This document shows, in pieces, positions 27,986 to 37,769 of a stretch of DNA of 64,000 bases. The stretch comes from Bacteroidota bacterium (lineage in GTDB: Bacteria; Bacteroidota; Bacteroidia; Cytophagales; Cyclobacteriaceae). A model generated the notes under the pieces. It was not told the DNA's origin and searched no databases. It worked only from the letters and a program-made list of their open reading frames with translations. Location of the stretch: NCBI GenBank assembly GCA_043758895.1, contig JAYVMP010000175.1:2764-66763 (forward strand), given 5' to 3'. The translations under genes and the position numbers were made by a program. Numbering within the stretch: position 1 is the first letter of the stretch; the number at the start of each line of letters is the position of its first letter.

Positions 27986-28040
27986 AAAAAAGTACCTCCT
28001 ATGAGAGGAGAATCAGGGGTACCGAAGTGGTCAGGATCAT
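27986..28040 (-). promoter_or_regulatory. Putative leader peptide (MILTTSVPLILLS*, 28040-27999) overlapping an intrinsic terminator upstream of MATE
   Basis: Minus strand GTACC-CCT...AGG-A-GGTAC-TTTTTT; alternative stem TCTCCT/AGGAGG; the stop codon lies inside the hairpin. Confidence 0.5.
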
Positions 28041-28295
28041 AGGCGTAACCAATAGGTGTAAAGCTACTCTTTTTTTAAAACCCAATACAGTCCTCACAAC
28101 AAACCGAGTCGATCAATACTTCTACAATCCTGAACAGGGAAAATACCCATTTTCTCCTCGTCCATTCATTAAACTACATCCTGAAAAAGGTTATCGGTTT
28201 CTAAAATAAAATTTTCTGTTCCTTTGATCAGAAAATAATCAATGCCTCTCCTCCTATTAATCCAAATTCTTTGGATGGATTCATGAAAGAGTCAA

Positions 28296-29924
28296 TCACT
28301 CCACCCACGGCACCAACTTGGATCGGTAGAAATTAATACCCATCGCTTTAAAACGTGGGCCATGATTAGCCAGCCGAACTTTATACTCATCCCAATTTCT
28401 TGAACTGGGTTTTCCGTCTGGTGTTGCAGACCAACCGATCTCGGCATGGCCGGGCAAACGGGGAAACGTGAGATAATCAATGTCCGCTCGGGTTTGAATT
28501 GTTTCCGACCATAATGCAGACTCTACGCCATAAATATTTTTGCGGCTTATTCCTTTGGCATACGTGGTGGGATCCCACGCATAGGCACTGTCCACTTCAA
28601 TGTAAGCGGCCCAATGTAATCCAAGCTTCGAAGTGGAGTCATAGCTCATGTCCAAATAGGTTTTGTTTGCCGGAGACATGATCAACTTCGCTCCCTGGGC
28701 AATCGCCAGTTTTCCATTTTCTGCCTTTGCCCACACTTGCGCCATGGCGTTGCCCTGTAACGTACTGATGGCCATCTCATCCCAACCTACAACTTTTTTG
28801 CCATGGGCGATGACTAGCTCTTGCACTTTGCTCACAAAGGGAATGTAATCTTCTTTTTTGGTAGCATGGCTTTCATCGCCACCGATATGCAAATAAGGGC
28901 CGGGCGTTATCTCCGCCAGTTCACGAACTACATCGTCAACAAACTTGTAAGTACTCTCTTTGCTTGTACAAAGCGTGCTAAAACCCACTTCAATTCCGGT
29001 GTATAACCCGGGTACTTTGCGCTTCACTTCATTTCCCGGATTTAGTTTTATGGTTTGCTCGCTGCAGTTCAATTCTGGATAAGACGCCAATGCAGCATTA
29101 GTATGGCCGGGCATGTCAATTTCGGGAACCACGGTAATGTACCTTTCGGCTGCATATTTCACCACCTCTTTGTATTGGTCCTGCGTATAAAATCCACCTT
29201 TGCCTCCGCCTACCTGTGTAGAACCGCCATGCGCAGTCAAGTTAGGCCAAGATTTGATTTCGATGCGCCAACCCTGGTCATCGCTCAGGTGCCAATGAAA
29301 TACATTGAGTTTATAGTAGGCCATTTCATCCAGCAGTCTTTTTACTTCTTCCACACTAAAAAAGTGACGTGCCACATCGAGCATCATGCCGCGCCATTCA
29401 TAATTTGGGAAATCGCGGATGGTACCTGTTGGAACTGTCCATTTGATTCCTTTTTGCAAACCCGGACTCTCAATAGCAGCCGGTAAAAGTTGGCGGATAG
29501 TTTGAATGCCTCGAAACAACCCAGCTGCTGTTGGCGCAGTTAGTTTTACTTGATTTTCGGTAACAGTCAGTTCATAGCCTTCATCACCTAATTGAGCATC
29601 GGCACCCGATTGAACAAACACAATGCCGTTTGTTGCCGGCTCGCCAGACCCAACGCTTACCGGAAACCCGAAACCTGTGGCCGGTCGTAATTTTTGCGAT
29701 AGATAATTAGCAATAGAAAGGATTTCTTCAGAGCCACTATCTACATAAATCGCTGTCTTATCCGTGATTTCAAATTCTTTTCCTGTTTTGGTTACCGACT
29801 GTGGTTTTGGAATAAGGGCATCCATCGTGGTTAGCTCGCCATCCCTTTTGGGTGCATGGCAAGCTGTGAATGAGCTCAGCAAAAAGAAAACCAAAGCTTT
29901 TTTGAATCCAATGTTTGTGACCAT
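28296..29924 (-). CDS. GH20 beta-N-acetylhexosaminidase, lipoprotein
   Basis: Lipobox FTAC; RGMMLDVARHF, HWHLSDDQGWR, PEIDMPGH, catalytic HIGGDE. Confidence 0.96.
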   Translation of the reverse strand: MVTNIGFKKALVFFLLSSFTACHAPKRDGELTTMDALIPKPQSVTKTGKEFEITDKTAIYVDSGSEEILSIANYLSQKLRPATGFGFPVSVGSGEPATNGIVFVQSGADAQLGDEGYELTVTENQVKLTAPTAAGLFRGIQTIRQLLPAAIESPGLQKGIKWTVPTGTIRDFPNYEWRGMMLDVARHFFSVEEVKRLLDEMAYYKLNVFHWHLSDDQGWRIEIKSWPNLTAHGGSTQVGGGKGGFYTQDQYKEVVKYAAERYITVVPEIDMPGHTNAALASYPELNCSEQTIKLNPGNEVKRKVPGLYTGIEVGFSTLCTSKESTYKFVDDVVRELAEITPGPYLHIGGDESHATKKEDYIPFVSKVQELVIAHGKKVVGWDEMAISTLQGNAMAQVWAKAENGKLAIAQGAKLIMSPANKTYLDMSYDSTSKLGLHWAAYIEVDSAYAWDPTTYAKGISRKNIYGVESALWSETIQTRADIDYLTFPRLPGHAEIGWSATPDGKPSSRNWDEYKVRLANHGPRFKAMGINFYRSKLVPWVE

Positions 29925-30053
29925 GTTTTTTTTGAATAAAGAATTTCCCTAAAAGTAATTAAAATGGAGTTACCTGACCACATTAAGCGACAGCGAATCT
30001 GGCCGTGTCAAATTTTTAAATTCAAAAGCCTACCTTTGCCGCGATTTTAAATT

Positions 30054-31964
30054 ATGATTTCCGTATCAAATATTTCTTACTTCATCGGTGGACGGGCACT
30101 TTATGAAAATGCGTCCATGTTTATCCGCCCCAACGACAAAATCGGGCTTATCGGACTGAACGGCCGCGGCAAATCCACCTTGCTCAAAATCCTGGATGGC
30201 GAACTGACGGTGAGCGAAGGCTCTATCAGCAAAGCCAAGGATTGTACCATCGGGTTTCTCAACCAGGACCTCCTCTCGTATCAAACGGACGATGCCATCC
30301 TTACCGTAGCGATGGGCGCCTTTAAAGAGGCAGTGGCAACACAACGGCAAATCGAAAAAATATTGCACCAACTCGAAACCGAATACACGGACGACTTGGT
30401 GGATAAACTCACTCAACTTCAGGAAAAATTTGAACACCTCGATGGTTATACGATGCAGTCGAAGGCCGAAGAGATTTTGGAAGGGATCGGCTTTTCTACA
30501 CAGGATTTGCATCGCGCGTTGCGCGAATTCTCGGGTGGATGGCGCATGCGTGTGATGCTGGCTAAATTGCTTTTGGAAAAACCTTCTTGCCTGATGCTCG
30601 ATGAGCCGACCAACCACTTGGACCTTCCATCCATCGAATGGGTTGAAAACTATTTGCGCAATTACGATGGTGCGGTGATCATTGTATCGCACGACCGCAC
30701 TTTTCTGGATAATGTGATCACTAAAACGGTGGACGTTACCAACCAACAGTTAGTGACCTACGAAGGAAATTATTCTTACTACCTGCAGGAAAAAGAAATG
30801 CGTGAAGAAATCCAGCAGGGCGCGTATGAAAACCAACAGGCCAAAATCCGGCAGACGGAGCGGTTCATCGAGCGGTTTCGGGCAAAGGCAACAAAATCGA
30901 AGCAAGTGCAATCGCGCGTAAAAGCCTTAGACCGGATGGATAAAATTGAAGAGGTAGTGAATGATGTGGCTGAAGTAAATTTTCGTTTCACCTTTAAACA
31001 ACCTTCCGGCCGCCAAGTGGTCACGCTGAAGGACGTGTCCAAATCGTATGGGCCACTCGACATTTTAAAACGCGCCAATGCAACGATTGAGCGAGGTGAT
31101 AAAATCGCCTTGATCGGTGCAAACGGAAAAGGAAAATCCACCTTGCTGCGGATGTTGGCGGATACTGAGCCCGTGGAAGGCGAGCGCATTATTGGCTACA
31201 ATGTGATCTACGGTTTTTTTGCCCAGCATCAGCTGGAGTCGCTGCACGTGGACAACGAAATTTTGGAAGAGTTAAAACAAGCGGGCAGCGGCAAGACCGA
31301 GCAAGAGTTGCGCAATGTGCTCGGCTGCTTTTTGTTTTCGGATGAAGACGTTTTCAAAAAAATAAAAGTGCTTTCGGGAGGTGAGAAATCGCGTGTTGCG
31401 TTGGCGAAGACATTGATTTCCGAGGCAAATTTTTTATTGTTGGATGAGCCCACCAACCATTTGGATTTTATCTCTGAAAACATTTTGATCCAATCGTTAC
31501 AGCAATACAAGGGCACTTTTGTAACGGTGAGCCACAATCGGCATTTTGTTAGCCAGATCGCCAATAAGATTTGGTTTATCGAAAACCATGAACTCAAAGA
31601 ATACCCGGGCACTTATGAGGAGTACGAATATTGGCGCAAAAAAAAGGAAACCAATGCAGTGCCGGCAGTGCATGTTGCGAAAAAGGAAGTTCCAAAGAAA
31701 GCACCAAAAATTGTCGTTCCTGAAAATCAAAACAAACTCAATGCACTAAATAAGGACTTGATTAAAACGGAGGCAATCATTCAGAAATTGGCCAAGGAAA
31801 AGGAAACCATCGAAGAAGGACTTTCAAAACAGGAAATTTACAGCAACCCTGATAAGCTCCTGGAGGCGCAACAGCAATTTGAAAAGGTGGACGCGCAGTT
31901 AGAGGAAGAAAATAAGAAATGGGAGTCGATTGCGCTGGAGATCGAGGAGATGGAGGGGAAGTAA
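30054..31964 (+). CDS. ABC-F family ATPase (two ABC domains, C-terminal coiled coil)
   Basis: GLNGRGKST / FSGGW / LDEPTNHLD repeated twice, no TM; -7 element TACCTTTG at 30031-30038. Confidence 0.95.
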   Translation: MISVSNISYFIGGRALYENASMFIRPNDKIGLIGLNGRGKSTLLKILDGELTVSEGSISKAKDCTIGFLNQDLLSYQTDDAILTVAMGAFKEAVATQRQIEKILHQLETEYTDDLVDKLTQLQEKFEHLDGYTMQSKAEEILEGIGFSTQDLHRALREFSGGWRMRVMLAKLLLEKPSCLMLDEPTNHLDLPSIEWVENYLRNYDGAVIIVSHDRTFLDNVITKTVDVTNQQLVTYEGNYSYYLQEKEMREEIQQGAYENQQAKIRQTERFIERFRAKATKSKQVQSRVKALDRMDKIEEVVNDVAEVNFRFTFKQPSGRQVVTLKDVSKSYGPLDILKRANATIERGDKIALIGANGKGKSTLLRMLADTEPVEGERIIGYNVIYGFFAQHQLESLHVDNEILEELKQAGSGKTEQELRNVLGCFLFSDEDVFKKIKVLSGGEKSRVALAKTLISEANFLLLDEPTNHLDFISENILIQSLQQYKGTFVTVSHNRHFVSQIANKIWFIENHELKEYPGTYEEYEYWRKKKETNAVPAVHVAKKEVPKKAPKIVVPENQNKLNALNKDLIKTEAIIQKLAKEKETIEEGLSKQEIYSNPDKLLEAQQQFEKVDAQLEEENKKWESIALEIEEMEGK

Positions 31965-31979
31965 AGATTCGCCTAATTG

Positions 31980-32696
31980 TTATTTCCAACCCACGGACAT
32001 GATCAATTGCACCCGGCTCATATCTTGAGTTATAGCCGTAGTTGAAATTTGATTAGTGGTAATGTAATAATTGCACGTGGGGCAATTGGGATAAAGCTGA
32101 AAATAAGCGCTCGAATAATGTATTCTCTGAAATTTATACCCTACCGCCATCGACAATTTAAGATTGTAATACTTCATCCGATAACCAATCTGTGGATTGA
32201 TCGTACGCCCACCCGATGCGCCTGAAAAAGGATCGGAAGTATAACTGCCGTATGCCCCATCGCGAATAAACCAGGGATGGGCCCAGCCATAGGCCATTTG
32301 CAGGAACACCGCATTTTTATTTTTGTTGCCAATCAAATCCCAACTTGCTACACCATAGATCGGAAGCGTTTGCCAGTTTTGGTACGAATCGAAACCAAGG
32401 CCAAGCCCGGCCCTCAGCTTTCTGCCAATCGTTATTCCATGAACGGTGGTTGCACTAAAAGTTAACTCCTTTGCTTTGCCGCAATCATTACAGCCTACCA
32501 GCAATCCCGTCTGTACATTGAAAAAGTATTCTATCTTCTTTGACAACTGAATTTCTTCCTTTGCCTTCTTCCTAATTTTTGCTTGTGGCTTGGGGATGGG
32601 CGTGTAATAGACCGAATCAAAATCATAATTTTGGGCGTAGCCAATGGAAGTGCCTGCCATCAAGAGGAGTAAAAAAATCGTTTGGCGTATTCTCAT
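31980..32696 (-). CDS. Secreted hypothetical protein, probable outer-membrane beta-barrel
   Basis: Signal peptide, alternating amphipathic strands, C-terminal VGWK; ATGA overlap with the upstream gene. Confidence 0.65.
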   Translation of the reverse strand: MRIRQTIFLLLLMAGTSIGYAQNYDFDSVYYTPIPKPQAKIRKKAKEEIQLSKKIEYFFNVQTGLLVGCNDCGKAKELTFSATTVHGITIGRKLRAGLGLGFDSYQNWQTLPIYGVASWDLIGNKNKNAVFLQMAYGWAHPWFIRDGAYGSYTSDPFSGASGGRTINPQIGYRMKYYNLKLSMAVGYKFQRIHYSSAYFQLYPNCPTCNYYITTNQISTTAITQDMSRVQLIMSVGWK

Positions 32697-34003
32697 TTTG
32701 TTACAATTTCAATTTTACTCAAGAGTTTGATATTGTTCAGTTTTGAATAATCGTACTGGTACAAGCCGTCTGCCCCGATGACCAGGGCAATGTTGTCCAA
32801 TGGGATCACGTCAAGCGCATTGCCAACCGGATAGCGGGCCAATTGCCTCGAAGAAATGTTATCAGGACTGCTGGCATCGAATATTTTCAAGCCATCGCTG
32901 CCATCGCAGATAAACAAAAGATTTTTATCAATGCCAAGCCCGTGGGGGTTAGTCATCGGATAGGTAGTGTGGAGGGAGGGATTTTTTAAATCGGTGATGT
33001 CGATCACCTGGAGTTCATTGGTATTGTTATGACAGATGTTGCCATTGTACAACGTAACGTATGCATAATTTCCTTGCACCACCACCGGATCGCAACTGTA
33101 AATGTGTTGAAACTGGCTCAACAAAACAGGCTGGCCAGGTGACGTGAGATCGTAAATCGACATGCCTGCACGCGACCCGACAAAAAGATTTTGCCCGTAG
33201 GGGAATAAAGTCTCTGGCCATGTAAAAAGTGGTTGATCAGTTTTCCGTTCGGGCTGCGTAGGGTTGTTAATATCCACTACTGCTAAGATTGACCCATCAA
33301 TGGCGTAGAGAAAATTATTCGTAATGGTGAAGCGCGCCATAGAACCGCTGACTCCGGTCGAGAGATTGGTGGGAACAGCAGTTTGTGCAGTGTAGTTAAC
33401 CCCACTGGTCAGAGGCATCGCCACACCCTTTCCGTAATAGATCCCGCCCCAGTTTTGGAGTTGACTTGGACTGCAATTATTTTCTGTGAGCGTAACCGTT
33501 CCGGTCCTTTCCCAACTTGTAACGATGCCCTTAACGGGATCTGCATAAAATCCCATCGTACTGTAGTTTTTAAAAAAACCTTCCAATCGATTGATCTCTT
33601 TGATCGCTGTGAGATTGGAAACATCAAACAACACCAGGTCAACGTAGCTATCCGCATATAAAATGTTGCCAAGAATAGCGAGATCGTAATTTCCGGGGAT
33701 GTTGAGAAACCCGAGAGGTCGCGGAGAAGCTGGGTTGGAGTTATCAAAAAGGTGAATGCCCTTCCCGGTTTCGTTAACGAATAAATTTTTGTCCTTCAAA
33801 TAGATTTTTCCAGGAGACGACAGCGGTTCGGCAACTTTTAGTCCGGTAGCTGCTTTGATCTGAGCGGTGGTTGAATAGACAGGCTGGTAACTATAATAAG
33901 TAGTTTTTACCTGGCATCTGTCGGAGCAGCTCAGCAGCGTACCCACCGCGAGCATAACGATGAGGGCTATTACTTTTTGTAGGGAGGCGATTGTTTTATT
34001 CAT
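32693..34003 (-). CDS. LVIVD-repeat lipoprotein
   Basis: Lipobox LLSC; repeats NILYADSYVDLVLFDVSN, LAVVDINNP, LQVIDITDLKNP, GLKIFDASSP. Confidence 0.8.
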   Translation of the reverse strand: MNKTIASLQKVIALIVMLAVGTLLSCSDRCQVKTTYYSYQPVYSTTAQIKAATGLKVAEPLSSPGKIYLKDKNLFVNETGKGIHLFDNSNPASPRPLGFLNIPGNYDLAILGNILYADSYVDLVLFDVSNLTAIKEINRLEGFFKNYSTMGFYADPVKGIVTSWERTGTVTLTENNCSPSQLQNWGGIYYGKGVAMPLTSGVNYTAQTAVPTNLSTGVSGSMARFTITNNFLYAIDGSILAVVDINNPTQPERKTDQPLFTWPETLFPYGQNLFVGSRAGMSIYDLTSPGQPVLLSQFQHIYSCDPVVVQGNYAYVTLYNGNICHNNTNELQVIDITDLKNPSLHTTYPMTNPHGLGIDKNLLFICDGSDGLKIFDASSPDNISSRQLARYPVGNALDVIPLDNIALVIGADGLYQYDYSKLNNIKLLSKIEIVTK

Positions 34004-34175
34004 AACCAGACTTTTAAGTTTCAAAAAGATAGACACGCACTTGCCTGATTAAGTTGGAATGGCATAGGCATTTTTTTCAAATAAGTGATCACCCCGGCTT
34101 ATGTAAATAATGAATGCTTGGCGAGTACCTGTGTTGAATGCGATGGTGCGAAGCCTGTGCGAATGTTTTGGCGAG

Positions 34176-35579
34176 TTATTTAATGATATACCTCAATCTA
34201 AACCCGACATCCCAGAGCCAGGGATTGCTTATGGAATTTGTATTCGCCCTTAAAACCGGATTGAACGAGTAACGGAATCCGGGCACAAATGAAATCCGGT
34301 AACGGCCACTAAATCTATAACTCACTTCACTGCTTACTAGTGCGGCAAAATCAACGGATCGATATGGGGAATTTTGCCCTGCCCCCTGCGAATAGCTTTG
34401 TAGCCGTCCGTTGGGGTCGGTGAGTGTGTTGCGGATAAAGACGTCAGTTGCACCTCCGGCATTTAATTGAAGACCGATTTTTTTATCAATAAACAGATAA
34501 CCCAATAGTACCGGCACCGATACAAATTCATTAGCGCTAATTATGCGATAGGGTGATGTAGTGCCGTAAGTTGATGGCGAAGGGGTTTTAATATAGTTGG
34601 CGACCGAAGCCAGGGAGTTTGTGGGATTGATATTTGAAAGCGAACCGGAAGACTGATTGATGTAAAGCAGCCCCGATTGAAGCACCAAACGGTTCGTCAT
34701 CCGCACACCGCCCAGCATTCCGATCGAATACGAAGTTCCATTTACAGCAGGAAAATTGGGAGATGATGAACTTTGCGGGCCTGCAGCATAGGAATACGCT
34801 GGATTTGAATAGGCACTTGCAGTTGAAGTAAAACGTCCACTTGAGGCGGTGACAGAAGCCCACAATTTTTCTTGCATTGTCTTGTCCTTCATCCGATTCA
34901 TAAAGGCACCGGGTATGGCCGTTAACTTTCGTACAAGCACTGTAATAACAGGTTCTCCCTGCACTTTTTCAATGGGCAAAAGATCCAACCCGGGAATTGC
35001 GTTGTTTTGGTGGTGTAGTTTTTTACTGCGTTGCGTGGAAGCCATTTTTTCCTCACTGGCTTTATCGGTTTTGGAATTATCCCACTGAGCGTTCATCGCA
35101 AGCGTCAACTTATTTTTCAATTTATTGCTATCCCCAGGTATTGAATTTGAGAAAGTGAAATTATTTTTCACTGTGCGTTGCGCCAAGTTAGTAGTGGTTG
35201 AAGCACTTTCATTTTCCTTCGGGGAATCCGTAGGGACTGCCTCGGCAAGAACTGTTTCTTTTTCTGATTTCGAACCCAATAAACTTTTTCCTTTGCCTAC
35301 TAATTTCTGGTGGCCCTGTTCCAAGGGCTTATCCTTGATCGATTTTTGCAGTGTTAGTTTTGAAGGGGTACTGCTCCACCGATATACACCGAAAGAGCCG
35401 GCAAGCAGGGCAAAAAGAAGGGAAGCCGCAGCAATGCGTTGGTACACTACAACTCTTTTTTTCATGGATTTGCCATCCGCACCGGCCAGGCCACGGTCAA
35501 TCGTTGCCCATACCGAGTCGGAAGGAGAAACTTCGGCCTTTTTAAAAACTTCTTTCCAACTTTCCTCAAACTTTCCCAT
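34176..35579 (-). CDS. Anti-sigma-like protein with N-terminal cytoplasmic domain, TM, linker and C-terminal OM beta-barrel
   Basis: N-terminus FEESWKEVFKKAEVSPSDSVW, TM IAAASLLFALLAGSFGVY, low-complexity linker, beta-strands ending VGFRLRYIIK; directly downstream of an ECF sigma. Confidence 0.65.
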   Translation of the reverse strand: MGKFEESWKEVFKKAEVSPSDSVWATIDRGLAGADGKSMKKRVVVYQRIAAASLLFALLAGSFGVYRWSSTPSKLTLQKSIKDKPLEQGHQKLVGKGKSLLGSKSEKETVLAEAVPTDSPKENESASTTTNLAQRTVKNNFTFSNSIPGDSNKLKNKLTLAMNAQWDNSKTDKASEEKMASTQRSKKLHHQNNAIPGLDLLPIEKVQGEPVITVLVRKLTAIPGAFMNRMKDKTMQEKLWASVTASSGRFTSTASAYSNPAYSYAAGPQSSSSPNFPAVNGTSYSIGMLGGVRMTNRLVLQSGLLYINQSSGSLSNINPTNSLASVANYIKTPSPSTYGTTSPYRIISANEFVSVPVLLGYLFIDKKIGLQLNAGGATDVFIRNTLTDPNGRLQSYSQGAGQNSPYRSVDFAALVSSEVSYRFSGRYRISFVPGFRYSFNPVLRANTNSISNPWLWDVGFRLRYIIK

Positions 35580-35629
35580 ACTTCAAGTTCATGTTGCTAA
35601 TTTTTTTATTAAAATCTTCACGGCTCATT

Positions 35630-36193
35630 TTAATTATCGTTCCTTTGGATCTGCCTGGCGGAAGAGCATTTTACGTTTTCTAATTTTGCTTGAAGCAAAC
35701 TTTTTGCACGTTTGTATTGCGATTTGGAAGTGCCCTCGCTGATCCCCAGCAGCTCACCAATTTCTTTGTGTCCATAACCCTCCACGGCAAATAAGTTGAA
35801 CACGAGGCGACAGCCATCGGGTAAAGATTGGACGATGCTCATCAATTCAGACAAATGAAAATCAGCCAAATTTATTTTTTCATCGGCCGGCAAGTCGGCC
35901 TCAACCACATCAACCATTGGAAGTAGGTAAAGTTTTTGTCGTTGATGGTTTAATGCAGTGTTGATGGCAATACGGGTCATCCAGGTATCCAGCTTTGATT
36001 CATACCGAAAAGTATTCAGGCTACTAAAAATTTTCATAAACGATTCTTGCAAAATATCTTCAGCCTCGGGCACATTCTTGGCATAGCGAAGACACACGGC
36101 CATCAGTCTGCGGCTATAGCGGTCATATAAAGCCCGCTGCACAGTTCGTTCGCCATTGGCACATCCCCTTACAAGCTCTTTTTCACTGAGCAT
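35630..36193 (-). CDS. ECF RNA polymerase sigma factor
   Basis: AEDILQESFMKIF, WMTRIAINTAL, GYGHKEIGELLGISEGTSKSQYKRAK. Confidence 0.96.
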   Translation of the reverse strand: MLSEKELVRGCANGERTVQRALYDRYSRRLMAVCLRYAKNVPEAEDILQESFMKIFSSLNTFRYESKLDTWMTRIAINTALNHQRQKLYLLPMVDVVEADLPADEKINLADFHLSELMSIVQSLPDGCRLVFNLFAVEGYGHKEIGELLGISEGTSKSQYKRAKSLLQAKLENVKCSSARQIQRNDN

Positions 36194-36329
36194 TTATTCC
36201 GGTCTCGGTTTTAGACACATTCATAAAACTAAAGGTTGGAATGCGAAACGATTTACTTTTTCGTTTAGCTTTGAAACTCGAATGGCAACAATAAATAGCT
36301 TTTTGAAATACCCTCTCGGAAATAGGAGG

Positions 36330-37634
36330 ATGGGCTTCGTGAGCGCTTTAGGGAAGTTGCCAGTCTGTCAAAGTTTACCTCATTTACTTCTCTTATTAGT
36401 ATTAGCAGTACAAGTTAACCTCTTTGCGCAAAAGCAACTCTCCTTCACCGACAAAATCTACGAACCGCAGATAAAAACCGTGCAGTTGTATCCTAACCTG
36501 GGCGGTACGCAGGATTTCTTGCAGCCTTCTTCGGCCTCCATTCATCAGCAAAATCTTTTGCTCGAATTTGACGACCTGCAAGACCAGCGCAGCAACTATT
36601 ATGCGAAGCTGATCCATTGCAACTACGACTGGACTCAATCGCAACTGGTGGATTTGGATTACCTAGAAAACTTTAACGAGTTCCCCTTTACCGATTATAC
36701 CCTTTCGGTCAACACGCACTTGCGCTACATCCATTACCGCTTTCAGGTACCACCTGTAAAATTCCCCGGCAATTATTTGCTCGTGATTTATCGCGATGAC
36801 ATAAAAAATCTAATACTTACCAAGCGGATGATGGTGTTTGATACCCAAATCAGTTTTACTAAAGACGATGAATTTATAGGTGCAGGTTCCCTTAACACCG
36901 CATTACAGCCGTTTAATTTTGTGGTCGATTACAAGGATGTGGAAATTATGAATCCCACAGAATCGATGCACGTGAACCTGCGGCAAAACCAACGGTGGGA
37001 TAACCCCAAGATTAATCTGCCTGCCAGCTTTGTACGGGATGACCAATCGCAATTGGAATATAAAATGACCGATCCTGCGTGGCAATTCAGGGGCGGCAGT
37101 GAATTTCACTTTGCCGATTTTAGGTCGCTGAATTACCCGGGGGTGAATACAGGTAAAATCATCCGCAGCAGCAAGCCATTCGAACTTTTTATTGACATGG
37201 ACAAACCCCGGGGTGATGACCCGTATTCACAGACCAAAGACAATGATGGAGGGTATATCATTGACAACACCGACACGGGCGAGCCGGCTACCAACGGAAA
37301 CTACCTGTACGTGGATTTCGCGCTAAAAGCAGAGACGCCTTACGATGGCGATGTTTACCTCATAGGCAAGTTCAACGATTACCAGCGCACGGCCGAAAAC
37401 CGGATGACGTACAATGTGGCCACCGGAATTTATGAATCGCGTCAACTGATCAAGCAAGGCTGGTATGATTATCAATACGTGGTGGATTCAAAAAAACTTG
37501 ATCCCAACGTGATTGAAGGCTCTCATTTTGAAACTGAAAATACCTACGAGATCGCTATCTACAACCACGCCATGCAACCCAATGCAGATCTATTGCTGGG
37601 ATACTACATCGTGACAGTCAATCCAAGACAATAA
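36330..37634 (+). CDS. DUF5103 domain protein (start uncertain: 36282 or 36330)
   Basis: Signal-like LLLLLVLAVQ; LLLEFDDL, YYAKLIHCNYDWT, NLRQNQRWDN, KQGWYDYQY, GSHFETENTY. Confidence 0.7.
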   Translation: MGFVSALGKLPVCQSLPHLLLLLVLAVQVNLFAQKQLSFTDKIYEPQIKTVQLYPNLGGTQDFLQPSSASIHQQNLLLEFDDLQDQRSNYYAKLIHCNYDWTQSQLVDLDYLENFNEFPFTDYTLSVNTHLRYIHYRFQVPPVKFPGNYLLVIYRDDIKNLILTKRMMVFDTQISFTKDDEFIGAGSLNTALQPFNFVVDYKDVEIMNPTESMHVNLRQNQRWDNPKINLPASFVRDDQSQLEYKMTDPAWQFRGGSEFHFADFRSLNYPGVNTGKIIRSSKPFELFIDMDKPRGDDPYSQTKDNDGGYIIDNTDTGEPATNGNYLYVDFALKAETPYDGDVYLIGKFNDYQRTAENRMTYNVATGIYESRQLIKQGWYDYQYVVDSKKLDPNVIEGSHFETENTYEIAIYNHAMQPNADLLLGYYIVTVNPRQ

Positions 37635-37769
37635 CTTTATCAGGCCGGTCAATATCTCAGTACTCCAATTTCAATACCCAACCATTAACCTCTCTAAATC
37701 ACCTTTCCTGTAAGTGGTTTTGCCGGCCGATTGAAATCGTTTACTTTTCAGTTTCGATAAAACCTGATT

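Noticed and set aside
28027-28209. 60-aa plus-strand ORF between MATE and GH20
   Set aside because: Non-ATG start, opposite to both neighbours, and no motif.
36321-36332. AGGAGG Shine-Dalgarno-like sequence before the DUF5103 ATG
   Set aside because: Bacteroidota rarely use SD pairing. A single hexamer can be chance and the start codon is uncertain.
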